The notes: a model not told the origin generated them from the sequence alone. Shown: positions 10,939 through 21,669, numbered from the stretch's first letter. The stretch: 64,000 bases of DNA from Acidobacteriota bacterium (GCA_003223115.1 QHXW01000041.1:972-64971); one strand, 5' to 3'. Numbers and translations are program-made.

Positions 10939-11239
10939 ATGTATTTTCCGATCACGGTCTTCAACGTCGTCACGTTGTTCCTGTTACTGGCTACAATCGC
11001 GATGGCGTACAAGCGGTTTACTCTCCCCGGGGAGAGTAACTGGCCACTGGTTTATTACGCCATCTTGATTGCGTATTGGCGCAGCTTCACGTACAGTCTC
11101 GATAAATTATTGGGTGTAGATGGGCGTGCTGTGCGGACTACTGCTGCGGTTTGAATTCCTCAGCGGACCTTTCCAGAAGGTGATTCGGGCCATCGAACTG
11201 GTGGTGTTCTGTTACATCGTCTGGCGCTGCTTGTATTGA
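10939..11239 (+). CDS. Small hydrophobic membrane protein, apparently split by a frameshift near 11,110-11,120
   Basis: ORF 10939-11154 has two TM-like segments. A second hydrophobic reading (MGVLCGLLLRFEFLS...VVFCYIVWRCLY) continues in another frame from 11120 to 11239. Confidence 0.3.
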
Positions 11240-11261
11240 TCATGATGTGGTAATTAATACG

Positions 11262-11663
11262 CTAGCGTTCAACGGGCAGACCGGCTTGTGTGTAAGCCCG
11301 CCAGCCTCCGTCGAGTGAAATCACGCTCGTGTAACCCATTTTTTGCAGATTGTCCGCGGCCAGCGCTGATCGAAATCCGCCCCCGCAATACAACACCATC
11401 TTAGTGTTCTTGTCCGGGATCTTGGTTTCGACGTCGCGCTCGATCACGCCCTTGCTCAGGTGTACGGCGCCTTTAGCGTGACCGGCTGCCCACTCACTTT
11501 CTTCGCGCGTGTCGACCAGCACCGGTTTCTCGCCCGCCGCAAGCATCTTCTTGTAGCCATTAATGTCGATTTCTTCGATTCGCGTCTTGGCATCGTTCAC
11601 GATCTGAAGGAAAGCGGGGCTGTGCGCCATTCGAATACTCCTGTGCGATGTGAAGTCGGGCAT
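11262..11663 (-). CDS. Rhodanese-domain sulfurtransferase
   Basis: Single rhodanese domain with the active-site loop CGGGFRS. The start could be M1 (11663) or M12 (11630). Confidence 0.8.
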   Translation of the reverse strand: MPDFTSHRSIRMAHSPAFLQIVNDAKTRIEEIDINGYKKMLAAGEKPVLVDTREESEWAAGHAKGAVHLSKGVIERDVETKIPDKNTKMVLYCGGGFRSALAADNLQKMGYTSVISLDGGWRAYTQAGLPVER

Positions 11664-11705
11664 GAAAGGCCACTCGCTCGCGAACGGTAATATGTGCCGA
11701 TGCAG

Positions 11706-12962
11706 CTACTCCATGCGACGAATCTGAGCACCAACGCCCGCCAGTTTCGCTTCGATTTTCTCATAGCCGCGGTCAATATGGTACACGCGATCGATGACGG
11801 TTTCGCCGCGTGCCACAAGCGCGGCGAGCACCAGTGATGCGCTGGCGCGCAGGTCGGATGCAATCACGCCTGCGCCGGTCAGCTCCTTTTTTCCGGCGAC
11901 GATGGCCTGGTTTCCCTCAAGCCGGATACTGGCGCCCATGCGCGCCAGTTCCTGCGCATGCATGAAGCGGTTTTCGAAAATCGTTTCCGTGATGATGGAT
12001 ATGCCTTCGGCTTGCGTCATCAGGGCCAGATATTGCGCCTGAAGATCTGTTGCGAAGCCCGGATATTCCTGAGTGCTCACATCCACCGATCGCAGCGGTC
12101 CGTCCACGCGCACCCTTACGGTATTCGGTTCTGGTTGCGTCACCTCGGCTCCCGTGGCTTGCAGCTTCGCGATGAGCGCGGCGTTATGCTCGGGAGCGCA
12201 CCTGGTGATTGTCAGGTCTCCCCCTGTGATGGCGCCCGCCGCGAGAAACGTGCCCGCCTCGATGCGGTCCGCGATGATTGTATGATCTGCACCGTTGAGC
12301 CGTTCAACACCCTGAATCCTAATCGTGGACGTGCCGGCGCCTTCGATTTTGGCGCCCATCTTGACCAATAGAGTGGCGAGATCGCTCACTTCGGGCTCAC
12401 GCGCCGCGTTTACGATGACGGTTTCACCGCGAGCCAGAACGCCGGCCATGATCAGATCTTCGGTTCCAGTCACCGTGATGCGCTCCAATCGGATTGTCGC
12501 ACCGCGTAAACCCTGAGGCGCCTCGGCCTCGATGTAGCCGTGAGCCTGCCGGATCTGAGCACCAAGTTGCTCGAGCCCCGTCAGGTGCAGGTTAATGGGC
12601 CGTGCGCCGATAGCACAACCACCGGGCAGCGAGACACGCGCGCGGCCGGCTCTGGCTACAAGGGGTCCTAGGACCAGGCTCGAAGCGCGCATGGTCTTTA
12701 CCAACTCATAGGGTGCTTCAGGTGACCGGATTTCGCCAACCTGAACCCGAACGCGCTCGCCCTGAACGTCCACTTTTGCGCCAATGTCCACGAGCAACCG
12801 TTGCATCGTACGGACATCGCGAACACGCGGAATGCGATCGAGCGTTACGGGTTGGTCGGTCAGCAGCGTAGCGGCCAGCACCGGTAGCGCGGAGTTCTTC
12901 GCGCCGCTCGTCTCAACTTCCCCGCGCAGGGGCACACCGCCAATGACAACGAATTTGTCCAT
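11706..12962 (-). CDS. murA: UDP-N-acetylglucosamine 1-carboxyvinyltransferase
   Basis: 418 aa with full-length MurA features, including the [15 protein letters not shown] catalytic Cys loop. Confidence 0.95.
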   Translation of the reverse strand: MDKFVVIGGVPLRGEVETSGAKNSALPVLAATLLTDQPVTLDRIPRVRDVRTMQRLLVDIGAKVDVQGERVRVQVGEIRSPEAPYELVKTMRASSLVLGPLVARAGRARVSLPGGCAIGARPINLHLTGLEQLGAQIRQAHGYIEAEAPQGLRGATIRLERITVTGTEDLIMAGVLARGETVIVNAAREPEVSDLATLLVKMGAKIEGAGTSTIRIQGVERLNGADHTIIADRIEAGTFLAAGAITGGDLTITRCAPEHNAALIAKLQATGAEVTQPEPNTVRVRVDGPLRSVDVSTQEYPGFATDLQAQYLALMTQAEGISIITETIFENRFMHAQELARMGASIRLEGNQAIVAGKKELTGAGVIASDLRASASLVLAALVARGETVIDRVYHIDRGYEKIEAKLAGVGAQIRRME

Positions 12963-12966
12963 ACGT

Positions 12967-13875
12967 TTATTTGCGAAGAGCCTCCGTAACCCGCCCGCCT
13001 GCCGCTCGAAGGCGCTTATCCGCCTCGTCCCTGCTGATGTGTGCCCGACCCATTACGATTGCGGTGCGAACACTGTTCCCGGCGGCGTGGAGCAATTCAC
13101 CGGCTTGCTGGTCAGACACTGACGCGGCCTGTGAAATAATCCGCCGCGCGCGATCCGTGAGCTTAGAATTCTTCGGCTGCACGTTTACCATCAGGTTGCC
13201 GTAGACGTAGCCGAGTCGAATAAGGCTGGCCGTCGTGAGCATGTTCAGAACCATCTTGGTTGCCGTGCCGGCCTTCATGCGTGTTGATCCGGCCACAACT
13301 TCGGGTCCCACCAGCAACGCGATCGGGATGGTTACCTCATGCGACAGCTCAGAATCCGGCGTGCAACTGATTCCAATAGTCAACGCCCCGACGCGCTTGG
13401 CTTCGTTCACCGCACCCAGAACATAAGGTGTGCGACCGCTTGCCGCGATTCCTACTAGCACGTCGCTCGCCGTGATCGCGCGTGCTGCGAGATCCTTTTT
13501 GCCGATGGCCGGGTCGTCTTCTGTGGTTTCGGTCGCTCGTGCCAGCGCCGGTTCGCCGCCGGCAATGATCGCTTGCACCAAGTCCGCGGGTACATTGAAA
13601 GTCGGTGGGCATTCAGCCGCATCCAACACACCCAGCCGTCCGCTCGTTCCTGCTCCCACATAAAACAAGCGCCCACCGTGTTCGAAAGCCGCGACAATGG
13701 CATCCACTGCTTGCGCGATCGCAGGGAGTTCACGGCCCACGGCTTCCGCGACTTTACGATCTTCGCTGTTGATAATCCGCAGGATCTCTTCGGTGGATCG
13801 TGCGTCGATGCCTTCTGACGCCGGATTAGGCTGCTCGGTCAGCAGGTGTTCGAGCATGGAAGCAGGCCGGTTCAA
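12967..13875 (-). CDS. murQ: N-acetylmuramic acid 6-phosphate etherase
   Basis: 302-aa SIS-domain protein with GAGTSGRLGVLDAAECPPTF, characteristic of MurQ. Confidence 0.9.
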   Translation of the reverse strand: MNRPASMLEHLLTEQPNPASEGIDARSTEEILRIINSEDRKVAEAVGRELPAIAQAVDAIVAAFEHGGRLFYVGAGTSGRLGVLDAAECPPTFNVPADLVQAIIAGGEPALARATETTEDDPAIGKKDLAARAITASDVLVGIAASGRTPYVLGAVNEAKRVGALTIGISCTPDSELSHEVTIPIALLVGPEVVAGSTRMKAGTATKMVLNMLTTASLIRLGYVYGNLMVNVQPKNSKLTDRARRIISQAASVSDQQAGELLHAAGNSVRTAIVMGRAHISRDEADKRLRAAGGRVTEALRK

Positions 13876-14705
13876 GCCACGCCGGCTTTGCGCATCACCG
13901 CGCGCGTGGATTCGAGCCCCATCGTCGCGCCTGTTTCAGGCGGCATGTCTTTGAGGCCGCGGCCGAAAACCTCGGGGCTCACGCCGTCCTCATAGCCAAT
14001 TTCTTTCAATGCCCGGAAGAAGCCGGTCAGGTCGATGACGCCCTCGCCAGGCAGCAGCCGCTCTGAATCCACAATTTTCTCAGGCGGCAGATTAGGCGAA
14101 TCGTTCACCTGGACCTCGACAATATTGTCCCGCCCCGCTGCGACGATGTCTTTCACGGTCGCTCCCGCGTGGTGCCAGTGCCAGGAATCCAGCAGCAAGC
14201 CGACGTTCGGCCCGCACTCTTTCGCGAACTCCAGCATCTCATCCATGCGCCAGATGAATTCGTAAGGATAAAGCTTGCGCAAATGCAGCGGGCCCAGGAA
14301 TTCCAAACCCAGCCGCACGTGCGAGCGCGCCAGAATATCCGCCGCAGCCTGAAAACGCTCTTTGTAGGTCTTTCTTTGCTCGGCTTTGGGCCGCTCTGAT
14401 GACGGCATGATGTAGGTTGACATGCGCGGGGATCCGAGAGCCACCAGGAATTGTGCGGCCTCATTCAGGTTGGCGAGATCCCGGCGGAAAGTGGCGTCGT
14501 CTTTGCGAAACTCGACCGGAAATCCTGCAATCGGCAGCTTCAGATTCAGTTCGCCCACCAGCGACTTAGTGGCTTCCAAGCCTTCCTTCATCGCCGGCGT
14601 GAGCGCCAGATCAGCTCCTGGAAAACCGACGCGGGCGGCCAGCCGCGCAAATTCGGGCCACGCAACCCGTCCGGCAACTAGCGTGCTGTTTAAGGAAATA
14701 TACAT
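13872..14705 (-). CDS. Sugar-phosphate isomerase/epimerase (xylose-isomerase-like TIM barrel)
   Basis: 277-aa ORF with family-like pattern (LLDSWHWHHAG, metal-ligand His/Asp/Glu spacing). Its stop overlaps the murQ start by 4 nt. Confidence 0.7.
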   Translation of the reverse strand: MYISLNSTLVAGRVAWPEFARLAARVGFPGADLALTPAMKEGLEATKSLVGELNLKLPIAGFPVEFRKDDATFRRDLANLNEAAQFLVALGSPRMSTYIMPSSERPKAEQRKTYKERFQAAADILARSHVRLGLEFLGPLHLRKLYPYEFIWRMDEMLEFAKECGPNVGLLLDSWHWHHAGATVKDIVAAGRDNIVEVQVNDSPNLPPEKIVDSERLLPGEGVIDLTGFFRALKEIGYEDGVSPEVFGRGLKDMPPETGATMGLESTRAVMRKAGVA

Positions 14706-14731
14706 AGGACTCTCGATGTCCGTTTGACCTG

Positions 14732-16039
14732 CTAGTAATTTCGTGCGAGCTCCACGCGCGGTCTTTCCGCACGGCTCATCGATTTGACGCCCGCCAGTTG
14801 GGGATCGCCGGCTGCGAGCTGCCCCAGATTCGAAACAACCTTGAGCACTGCCTGCGCGATTTCCTCGACGTCCTGCTCTTCACCCAGCAAGAGGAACTGC
14901 GGCAGCCATACTGATTCCTGGTATGCCGCACGCTCCGCCACCGGGCAGCGGCATTCGCTATAATCCACTGGCTTTTCCCGATTCAGCTTCAGTTGTGGAA
15001 AATCGTCGGCGTTCACGCGAAACAGGTCGCTACGATAGACAGGTTCATAGAAACGTCCATCGCAGGGGATGCCCTCGCGATCGAGCGCCGCAACGAACAA
15101 ATCGCGGGAAACTTCGCTAGAGCGAAATCGAAATACGTAATTGTAGATCGCCTCCCGCGTGATGTCGGATTGTGCCGGGAGCGGGTTGATTCCCGCGATC
15201 TCAAAAAGCCGGCGGCTCAGGAGCGCGGCATTACGCGAGCGTCTTTCCGCCAGCACCGGTAACTGCTCCAACTGCCCCATGAGAAGCGCGGCTTGAAACT
15301 CGGTGATGCGATAATTTGAGCCGACGACGCGCTTTTTGAAACGGTCCGTTGTGCTGGCTCTTCCGCAATTTACGATCGACTGCACCAGCTCGAAGCAGTC
15401 CAGGCGGGAGGTGATGACAATGCCACCTTCTCCAGCTGTCATGATCTTGCTGGATTGAAAACTGAAGCAGCCCAAATCACCCAGCGATCCCGCGCCGCAT
15501 CCTTTATATTGGCCGCCGTGGACGTGAGCGCAATCTTCGACCACGACGAGGTTGTGCTCTTGCGCCAGTGCGACGATCGCATCCATATCCGCGAAACGCA
15601 TCGCCAGGTGCACGGGGATGACCGCTCGCGTGCGTGGTGTGATGGCACGGCGCACGGACTCGACATCCAGGCAATAGGTGTGCGGGTCGATATCAGCGAA
15701 TACGGGCACGGCGCCCGCAAACAGAACTGCCGCGGCGGTTCCATCCCAGGTGTAAGCCGGAACGATCACTTCGTCGCCAAACCGAATGCCGGCGGCCTCG
15801 AGTGCCACCACCAGCGCGATGGTTCCATTGGCAACGCAGCAGCCATACTTCGCGCCGTGGTAGTCGGCAAATTTCTGTGCAAAATCGTTAGCGAACTGAT
15901 TGGGAAAGGGATAGCCGCCCCAGTTCCGGCTTTCGAGGACCTCCAGCAAACGCCGCGCATCGCTGCCGGTGTATTGAGGCCAGGGCTCGAAAGGACGCGT
16001 TCGCGTCGCCGTCCCGCCTAGAATGGCAAGCTCGCTCAT
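14732..16039 (-). CDS. DegT/DnrJ/EryC1/StrS-family PLP-dependent sugar aminotransferase/dehydratase
   Basis: 435 aa. The SFQSSKIMTAGEGG lysine motif and overall layout are typical of the family. Confidence 0.85.
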   Translation of the reverse strand: MSELAILGGTATRTRPFEPWPQYTGSDARRLLEVLESRNWGGYPFPNQFANDFAQKFADYHGAKYGCCVANGTIALVVALEAAGIRFGDEVIVPAYTWDGTAAAVLFAGAVPVFADIDPHTYCLDVESVRRAITPRTRAVIPVHLAMRFADMDAIVALAQEHNLVVVEDCAHVHGGQYKGCGAGSLGDLGCFSFQSSKIMTAGEGGIVITSRLDCFELVQSIVNCGRASTTDRFKKRVVGSNYRITEFQAALLMGQLEQLPVLAERRSRNAALLSRRLFEIAGINPLPAQSDITREAIYNYVFRFRSSEVSRDLFVAALDREGIPCDGRFYEPVYRSDLFRVNADDFPQLKLNREKPVDYSECRCPVAERAAYQESVWLPQFLLLGEEQDVEEIAQAVLKVVSNLGQLAAGDPQLAGVKSMSRAERPRVELARNY

Positions 16040-16101
16040 GCCGAGCTTCTATGATAGAACGTACGCGCGTGGCCCGGAACTCGGCGACGGGCGGTCCTGC
16101 T

Positions 16102-16719
16102 CTAGCGCATGGTCCTCAGATAGATGCCGGTACTGGCGTCGATGAAGACCGAGAAGTTGCTAGTGCCGACGCTTTCGCCCCAGATGACACGCCAGACAGG
16201 GTCTGGGAATTGCTCCGTACATTCCAGCAGGAAAGTGATCGGCTTGCCGGGGTTTTTCTTCTCGTAATCCGCTGCGTGCTTAAGCGCTGTGGCGTACACT
16301 TCGTCGGAGTCAGTTTTCACGGCTGCGATCAAGAACGGTTTGGAGGTAGGGCGGGCGCCGGACCAGCCTTCTTCAAGTCCCGCGAACACGCCTTTGTGCA
16401 GGTTGCCCTCGGCTTCAATCACTGAATACGTGTAACTGCGCGCACGCCCCAGTTGGGGTGAAACAAATGTTGCCTGCCAGGCGGCAGCCTTACCGCGCTC
16501 CGGCTTAACGTCACGCAGATCGATGCTATTCAGCCGCAGTACCTGGATATCGCCCGACCACCCGCGCCCTGCGTTAAACATCTGGTACAGCGCGTAACGG
16601 CCTTTCACCGGTTGTGGCGGTGCGACTTCCCTCTTTGGTGCAGTAGTCTGCTGCGGAGCTTCGGAACAGCCGGACAACATGAGCATGATGGCAGCAAGAG
16701 CCATGGTGAATGGTTTCAT
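16102..16719 (-). CDS. Lipoprotein of unknown function
   Basis: Signal peptide with lipobox (MLMLSGC). No motif I can assign. Confidence 0.55.
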   Translation of the reverse strand: MKPFTMALAAIMLMLSGCSEAPQQTTAPKREVAPPQPVKGRYALYQMFNAGRGWSGDIQVLRLNSIDLRDVKPERGKAAAWQATFVSPQLGRARSYTYSVIEAEGNLHKGVFAGLEEGWSGARPTSKPFLIAAVKTDSDEVYATALKHAADYEKKNPGKPITFLLECTEQFPDPVWRVIWGESVGTSNFSVFIDASTGIYLRTMR

Positions 16720-16880
16720 AACATGAAGCTCAAAGTGACATCATTCTATCTAACCAAGCACGTTTACGCCACGCTCGGGCACGCTCCCTGTTGGCCGCTG
16801 AGCGAAGATTTGACAGCCGAACGCGCTACGCACCTGCAAAATTCGTGTGCCATAATGAGGCAATCAACGGGAGGCCCTCG

Positions 16881-18173
16881 ATGACTATTCAGACTTATTG
16901 GCACGCAGCGCTGGCCGTTGTTTTCGGCATTATTTTGTCGACTCATCCGGCCCCATGCCAGCGGCCGGGGACAGGCCAGCCCGGGAGCGGAGGGGCCGGC
17001 ACAGGCGGAGCCAGCACAGCCGGTGGTACGGGGACTGGGGCAGGTCGAACCACGACGCCGCCTCCCACTACCACGAATCCGACCAACGATCGAACGCAAA
17101 ATCCATTTGATCTGCAAAACCGGCCTATTTTTCTGTCTGGAAAAGTGGTGATGGATGACGGTACTCCGCCGCCCGAGCCGGTGGTGATCGAACGAGTATG
17201 CAACAGCGTCGTCCGCGGCGAGGCTTATACGGATTCAAAGGGACGGTTCAGCTTTCAGCTGGGTCAAAACACGGCCATGATTCAGGAAGCCAGCAGCGGC
17301 TCGGCTTTGGATTCCGGAACGGGCCTGGGCGATCCGGGCCGTCCGTTGCAAACGGGCCGTAGTTCGAATGATCAGCGGATGCCGACGCGTAACAACGATC
17401 TGATCGGCTGCGAGATCAGAGCCTCGCTGCCGGGTTTTCGTTCTGACCTTGTGAACCTTGTAGGACGGCGCAGTTTCGTCAATCCCGAGGTAGGCACGAT
17501 CGTGCTCCACCGGCTCGGCAACGTGGAAGGAACCAGCATTAGCGCTACCAGCCTGCGAGCTCCCAAAGATGCGCGAAAAGCTTTCGAAAAAGGGACCGAG
17601 GCACTGCGCAAGAGTAAAATCGCCGATGCTCAGAAGAATCTGGAAAAAGCTGTTGAGCTTTATCCGCAGTACGCCAGTGCGTGGTACGAATTGGGCCGCA
17701 TCAATGAGGCGCAGAAGGACACGGGGCAGGCCCGCGCGTGCTATTCACAGGCTCTAGCTGCCGATGCCAAATTCGTCAAGCCGTACCTGCGAATGGCGCT
17801 GCTTTCAGCCGCTGAAAGTAATTGGCAGGAAGTCGTCGACCAGACCAGCCGGGTCATGAAATTGGATTCCGTCGATTTTCCCGAAGCTTATTATTACAAT
17901 TCGGTGGCTAACTTCAATCTGGGTAAGATCGATGCGGCCGAGGCCAGCGCGCGTCATGCGGAGAAAATGGACACCGAACATCGCATCCCAAAAGTGCGAC
18001 ACGTGTTGGGCGCCATCCTGTATGGTAAGAGGGACTACGAAGGAGCCGCGGAGCGCCTGCGCGACTACCTGAAGTATGCGCCTGCCGGAGATGCCGGCAA
18101 GATCAAACGGCAGTTGGAAGAACTCGACAAGCTGACCGCCGGCGCCAAGCCCCTCGCCGAGCCCCCCAAGTAA
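16881..18173 (+). CDS. Secreted protein with G/T/P-rich linker, carboxypeptidase-regulatory-like beta domain and C-terminal TPR repeats
   Basis: An internal ATG at 16881 gives the signal peptide MTIQTYWHAALAVVFGIIL. TPR-like repeats appear in the C-terminal half (AWYELGRINEAQKD..., AYYYNSVANFNLGK...). Confidence 0.6.
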   Translation: MTIQTYWHAALAVVFGIILSTHPAPCQRPGTGQPGSGGAGTGGASTAGGTGTGAGRTTTPPPTTTNPTNDRTQNPFDLQNRPIFLSGKVVMDDGTPPPEPVVIERVCNSVVRGEAYTDSKGRFSFQLGQNTAMIQEASSGSALDSGTGLGDPGRPLQTGRSSNDQRMPTRNNDLIGCEIRASLPGFRSDLVNLVGRRSFVNPEVGTIVLHRLGNVEGTSISATSLRAPKDARKAFEKGTEALRKSKIADAQKNLEKAVELYPQYASAWYELGRINEAQKDTGQARACYSQALAADAKFVKPYLRMALLSAAESNWQEVVDQTSRVMKLDSVDFPEAYYYNSVANFNLGKIDAAEASARHAEKMDTEHRIPKVRHVLGAILYGKRDYEGAAERLRDYLKYAPAGDAGKIKRQLEELDKLTAGAKPLAEPPK

Positions 18174-18319
18174 GCCCGCTCGCGCTTTCAAGAGCTTGCG
18201 ACACACGGCAATCAACGGTGCGCTCTGCGCCGTTCCGGAGCGCCTTCCTCTTGACTTTAGTTCTCCCGGTAGGCTATTGTAGCGATTCCATTTGGCCACG
18301 CGTGAGGCCAGCTCACATT

Positions 18320-18760
18320 ATGGCGAAAAACACTGGCGGCGAAGCCGAAACTGTGGACCAGTTTCTGGATTCGACACTGGAAAGCGTGGACAGCGCTGAA
18401 GCCCTGGTGCTGGAGGTAGCCCAAAAAGCTGGCTTTGAAGAAGAAGACCTACACAAAATTGGAATGGCGGTGCGCGAGTGCATGGTGAACGCCGTCGTTC
18501 ACGGCAATCAATATAGTGCGCACAAGAAAGTTCGTGTCTCCGTGTCCGCGGGCCGCAACCAGTTGACTGTGACTATCGTAGATCAAGGCAAGGGTTTCGA
18601 ATTGAGTTCGCTCCCGGACCCGCTGGCTGAAGAAAACCTGCTTAGCAATTCAGGTCGCGGACTGTTTTTGATCCGTGCTTTCATGGATGAGCTTCAAGTT
18701 CGCCGCCTGACACCGCATGGCACGGAAGTGACGCTCGTGAAGTATCTCGGTCAGAAATAG
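18320..18760 (+). CDS. Anti-sigma regulatory factor, RsbW/SpoIIAB-type serine kinase (HATPase_c)
   Basis: N-box (ECMVNAVVHGN), DQGKGF and GRGLFLI motifs. It lies directly upstream of a STAS antagonist gene. Confidence 0.75.
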   Translation: MAKNTGGEAETVDQFLDSTLESVDSAEALVLEVAQKAGFEEEDLHKIGMAVRECMVNAVVHGNQYSAHKKVRVSVSAGRNQLTVTIVDQGKGFELSSLPDPLAEENLLSNSGRGLFLIRAFMDELQVRRLTPHGTEVTLVKYLGQK

Positions 18761-18794
18761 ATGACTGGCTGCTTAAGCCAGGGAGGTATGCGAA

Positions 18795-19139
18795 GTGAGT
18801 GTGAAATTAAGTACTCGACAGGTGGGTGACGTGAGCGTGATTGATGTGTCGGGCCGGATTACTTTAGGAGAAGGCTCGAGCGCCCTTCGCGACACCCTGC
18901 GAGACATGGTGAGCAAGGGGCAGAAGAAGATCCTGCTGAATCTCGGCGAGGTCTCATACATTGACAGCTCGGGGATCGGTGAACTCGTGTCGGGCTTCAC
19001 CACCGTGGCGAATCAGGGTGGCCAGCTTAAGCTTCTGAGTTTGACCAAGCGCGTTAAAGATCTTCTGCAAATCACCAAACTGTACACGGTCTTCGACGTC
19101 CATGATGACGAAGCCGGCGCAGTTCGCAGCTTCGCATAA
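18795..19139 (+). CDS. STAS-domain anti-sigma-factor antagonist (SpoIIAA/RsbV-like)
   Basis: 114 aa. The YIDSSGIGELV motif contains the phosphorylatable serine context. Confidence 0.85.
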   Translation: MSVKLSTRQVGDVSVIDVSGRITLGEGSSALRDTLRDMVSKGQKKILLNLGEVSYIDSSGIGELVSGFTTVANQGGQLKLLSLTKRVKDLLQITKLYTVFDVHDDEAGAVRSFA

Positions 19140-19156
19140 CAGCGACGGGTCCGTCT

Positions 19157-19417
19157 TTATCCGCCGCCGACAAACTGGACAATCTCCAGTTGCGAGCCGG
19201 CGGACACGTTTGTGCCAGGCCAGTGCGCGCGTTTGACAATTCTCCGGTCCAGTTCCACGGCTACCTGCTCCGGATCCAGATCCATTACGCGGATCAGATC
19301 GGCGATGGTCTGCCCTTCGCGAATGCGCCTTTCCTCACCGTTCACCTGCACCAGAATCGTCAGCGGAGCGGTTTCCCCAAAACCCACGGAAGGTTGACAC
19401 CCTCTTTCAGCAATCAT
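19157..19417 (-). CDS. ThiS/MoaD-family sulfur-carrier protein
   Basis: Ubiquitin-like small protein ending in GG (QLEIVQFVGGG). The start is uncertain; ATG at 19417 was chosen. Confidence 0.6.
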   Translation of the reverse strand: MIAERGCQPSVGFGETAPLTILVQVNGEERRIREGQTIADLIRVMDLDPEQVAVELDRRIVKRAHWPGTNVSAGSQLEIVQFVGGG

Positions 19418-19457
19418 TATATTCAAATTTAAGGTCTTTCGTTCCCGGCAAAACAGG

Positions 19458-19853
19458 ATGCCCACAAACTATAGCGAAGTCTACTTCCCTGTCCTACTGC
19501 AAATCGTCATCGCCATGACGATCGCGGCCGGAATGCTGGGAGCTTCGTACCTGCTGGGAAAGCGCTCAAAGAACACCGTCAAGGACATGCCGTATGAATC
19601 CGGGATCGTCCCCACTGGTGATGCACGGCAGCGTTTCAGCGTCAGGTTTTATCTTGTGGGAATGGTTTTCATTCTGTTCGACATCGAGGCCATCTTTCTT
19701 TATCCTTGGGCGGTTGTCTATCGCGAACTGAAGATGTTCGCGTTTGTCGAGATGCTCATTTTCATCGTGCTGATTGTGGCGGGCTTCGTCTTTATTTGGC
19801 GGAAGGGAGCGCTCGACTGGTCGTATTTCGACCGCTTCAGCGAGAAACCATAG
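19458..19853 (+). CDS. nuoA: NADH-quinone oxidoreductase subunit A
   Basis: 131 aa, three TM helices, FDIEAIFLYPWA motif. Confidence 0.9.
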   Translation: MPTNYSEVYFPVLLQIVIAMTIAAGMLGASYLLGKRSKNTVKDMPYESGIVPTGDARQRFSVRFYLVGMVFILFDIEAIFLYPWAVVYRELKMFAFVEMLIFIVLIVAGFVFIWRKGALDWSYFDRFSEKP

Positions 19854-19857
19854 CAGC

Positions 19858-20331
19858 ATGATTTCCGATGAGTTGAATTCGTTTCCGGTTGTGACTGGTC
19901 TCGAGATCGCGATACCCTCGGCGCTGCGGGGCGGCAAATACGACCGGCAGGAAGTGACGCTCGAAATAGCTCCGGAGGGGATCGTAGACGTTTGCCTTTA
20001 TCTCAAGATCCAGCAGAAGTTTGTTCGCCTCAGCACGGTGACGGCGGTGGATTGGTATCCGGAAGAGCCACGGTTCGAGGTTGTGTATCACCTGCACTGC
20101 ATCGAGCGAAATGAACGGCTTCGTTTGAAATGCCGTTTAAGCAGCCAGAATCCTGAAATCGACTCAGTGACCAGTGTGTGGCGCGGAGCCAACTGGTACG
20201 AGCGCGAAGTGTTCGATTTGTTTGGCATTCGATTCCGCAATCACCCTGACCTGCGCCGCATCATGCTTCCGGACGACTGGCAGGGACACCCGTTGCGCAA
20301 AGATTATCCTGTGACCGGCTCGCGAGTTTGA
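19858..20331 (+). CDS. nuoC: NADH-quinone oxidoreductase subunit C
   Basis: ATG at 19858, 4 nt after the nuoA stop. ANWYEREVFDLFGIRFRNHPDLRRI and HPLRKDYP motifs. Confidence 0.9.
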   Translation: MISDELNSFPVVTGLEIAIPSALRGGKYDRQEVTLEIAPEGIVDVCLYLKIQQKFVRLSTVTAVDWYPEEPRFEVVYHLHCIERNERLRLKCRLSSQNPEIDSVTSVWRGANWYEREVFDLFGIRFRNHPDLRRIMLPDDWQGHPLRKDYPVTGSRV

Positions 20332-20334
20332 ATC

Positions 20335-21579
20335 ATGGGCGATCATGACATTCCGGGTTTGACCGCGATTGAAGCCGAAGCGCCGGAGCCGCCTTCTGAT
20401 TCGACCGCCCCGCGTCCCCGGCGCATGCTGCTCAATATGGGCCCGCAGCATCCTTCCACACACGGCGTGCTCCGGCTGCAGTTGGAACTGGATGGCGAAA
20501 ACATCGTTTCCGCTCAGCCCGATATTGGATACCTGCACACCGGCATCGAAAAGGAGTTCGAGGTCAAGAACTACCAGCAGGACGTCACGCTCACGGACCG
20601 CATCGACTATCTCGCCCCGCTTTCAAACAATCTGTGCTACTGCCTGGCCGTTGAAAAACTTTTGGGGCTGGAGATCCCCCCGATGGCGCAGTGGCAAAGA
20701 GTGTTGCTCACCGAGTTGACGCGCTTGAACAGCCATCTGGTGTGGCTCGGCACTCACGCCATCGATATCGGAGCCATGTCGGTGTTCCTTTATTGCTTCC
20801 GCGAACGCGAGGACATCCTGCGGATTTTCGAAATGTACTCGAGCCAGCGCATGATGACCAGCTACTTTCGCATCGGCGGGCTGGCACTCGAACCTCCCCG
20901 GGGCTGGCAGAAGCGAATCAAAGATTTCATCGACGTGTTCCCCAGCCGGGTTGACGAATATGAAGAACTCCTGACCAATAACCGGATCTGGATCAACCGC
21001 ACCCGGGGCGTGGGAATTTTGCCGCTCGAGGATATGCTGGACCTGGGCGTGACGGGACCTATGCTGCGCGCAGCCGGCCTCAGCTGGGACACGCGGAAGA
21101 CAGAGCCCTACTCGAGTTACGAAAAGTTCGATTTTGAGATTCCCACGCGCTCCGAAACTGATGTCTACGCTCGGTATCTGGTGCGAATCGAGGAGATGCG
21201 TCAATCGACCCGCATCATCACGCAGGCGCTTGAAGGTATGCCTTCCGGCCGCTGGACCGCCGATGCGCCACATGTTGTATTACCCGACCGCGAAAAGATG
21301 AAGACGCAGATGGAGGCCCTCATCTACCACTTCAAGATTGTCACCGAGGGCTTCAACGTTCCAGCCGGCGAAGTCTACCAGGTGATTGAATCTCCGCGCG
21401 GCGAAGTTGGCTATTACGTGGTGAGCGACGGCACAGCAAAACCTTACCGGGTTCATGTGCGCGGTCCCAGTTTCGGCAATTTACAAGCAGTGCCCGAAAT
21501 GGTCCAGGGTACTCTGATCGCCGATGTCATTGCCGGCATTGGAAGCATGGATTTCGTGCTGGGCGACGCGGACAGATGA
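20335..21579 (+). CDS. nuoD: NADH-quinone oxidoreductase subunit D
   Basis: 414 aa. LNMGPQHPSTHGVLRL motif with full-length 49-kDa subunit pattern. Confidence 0.95.
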   Translation: MGDHDIPGLTAIEAEAPEPPSDSTAPRPRRMLLNMGPQHPSTHGVLRLQLELDGENIVSAQPDIGYLHTGIEKEFEVKNYQQDVTLTDRIDYLAPLSNNLCYCLAVEKLLGLEIPPMAQWQRVLLTELTRLNSHLVWLGTHAIDIGAMSVFLYCFREREDILRIFEMYSSQRMMTSYFRIGGLALEPPRGWQKRIKDFIDVFPSRVDEYEELLTNNRIWINRTRGVGILPLEDMLDLGVTGPMLRAAGLSWDTRKTEPYSSYEKFDFEIPTRSETDVYARYLVRIEEMRQSTRIITQALEGMPSGRWTADAPHVVLPDREKMKTQMEALIYHFKIVTEGFNVPAGEVYQVIESPRGEVGYYVVSDGTAKPYRVHVRGPSFGNLQAVPEMVQGTLIADVIAGIGSMDFVLGDADR

Positions 21580-21669
21580 ATACCGACAGAAGGCGGCCGC
21601 AGCGGGAAACGAGAGTGTTTGCCGCTTCAATTTTCGAATCCAGGCCATCCAGTGGTTCGATGGTGTTGC

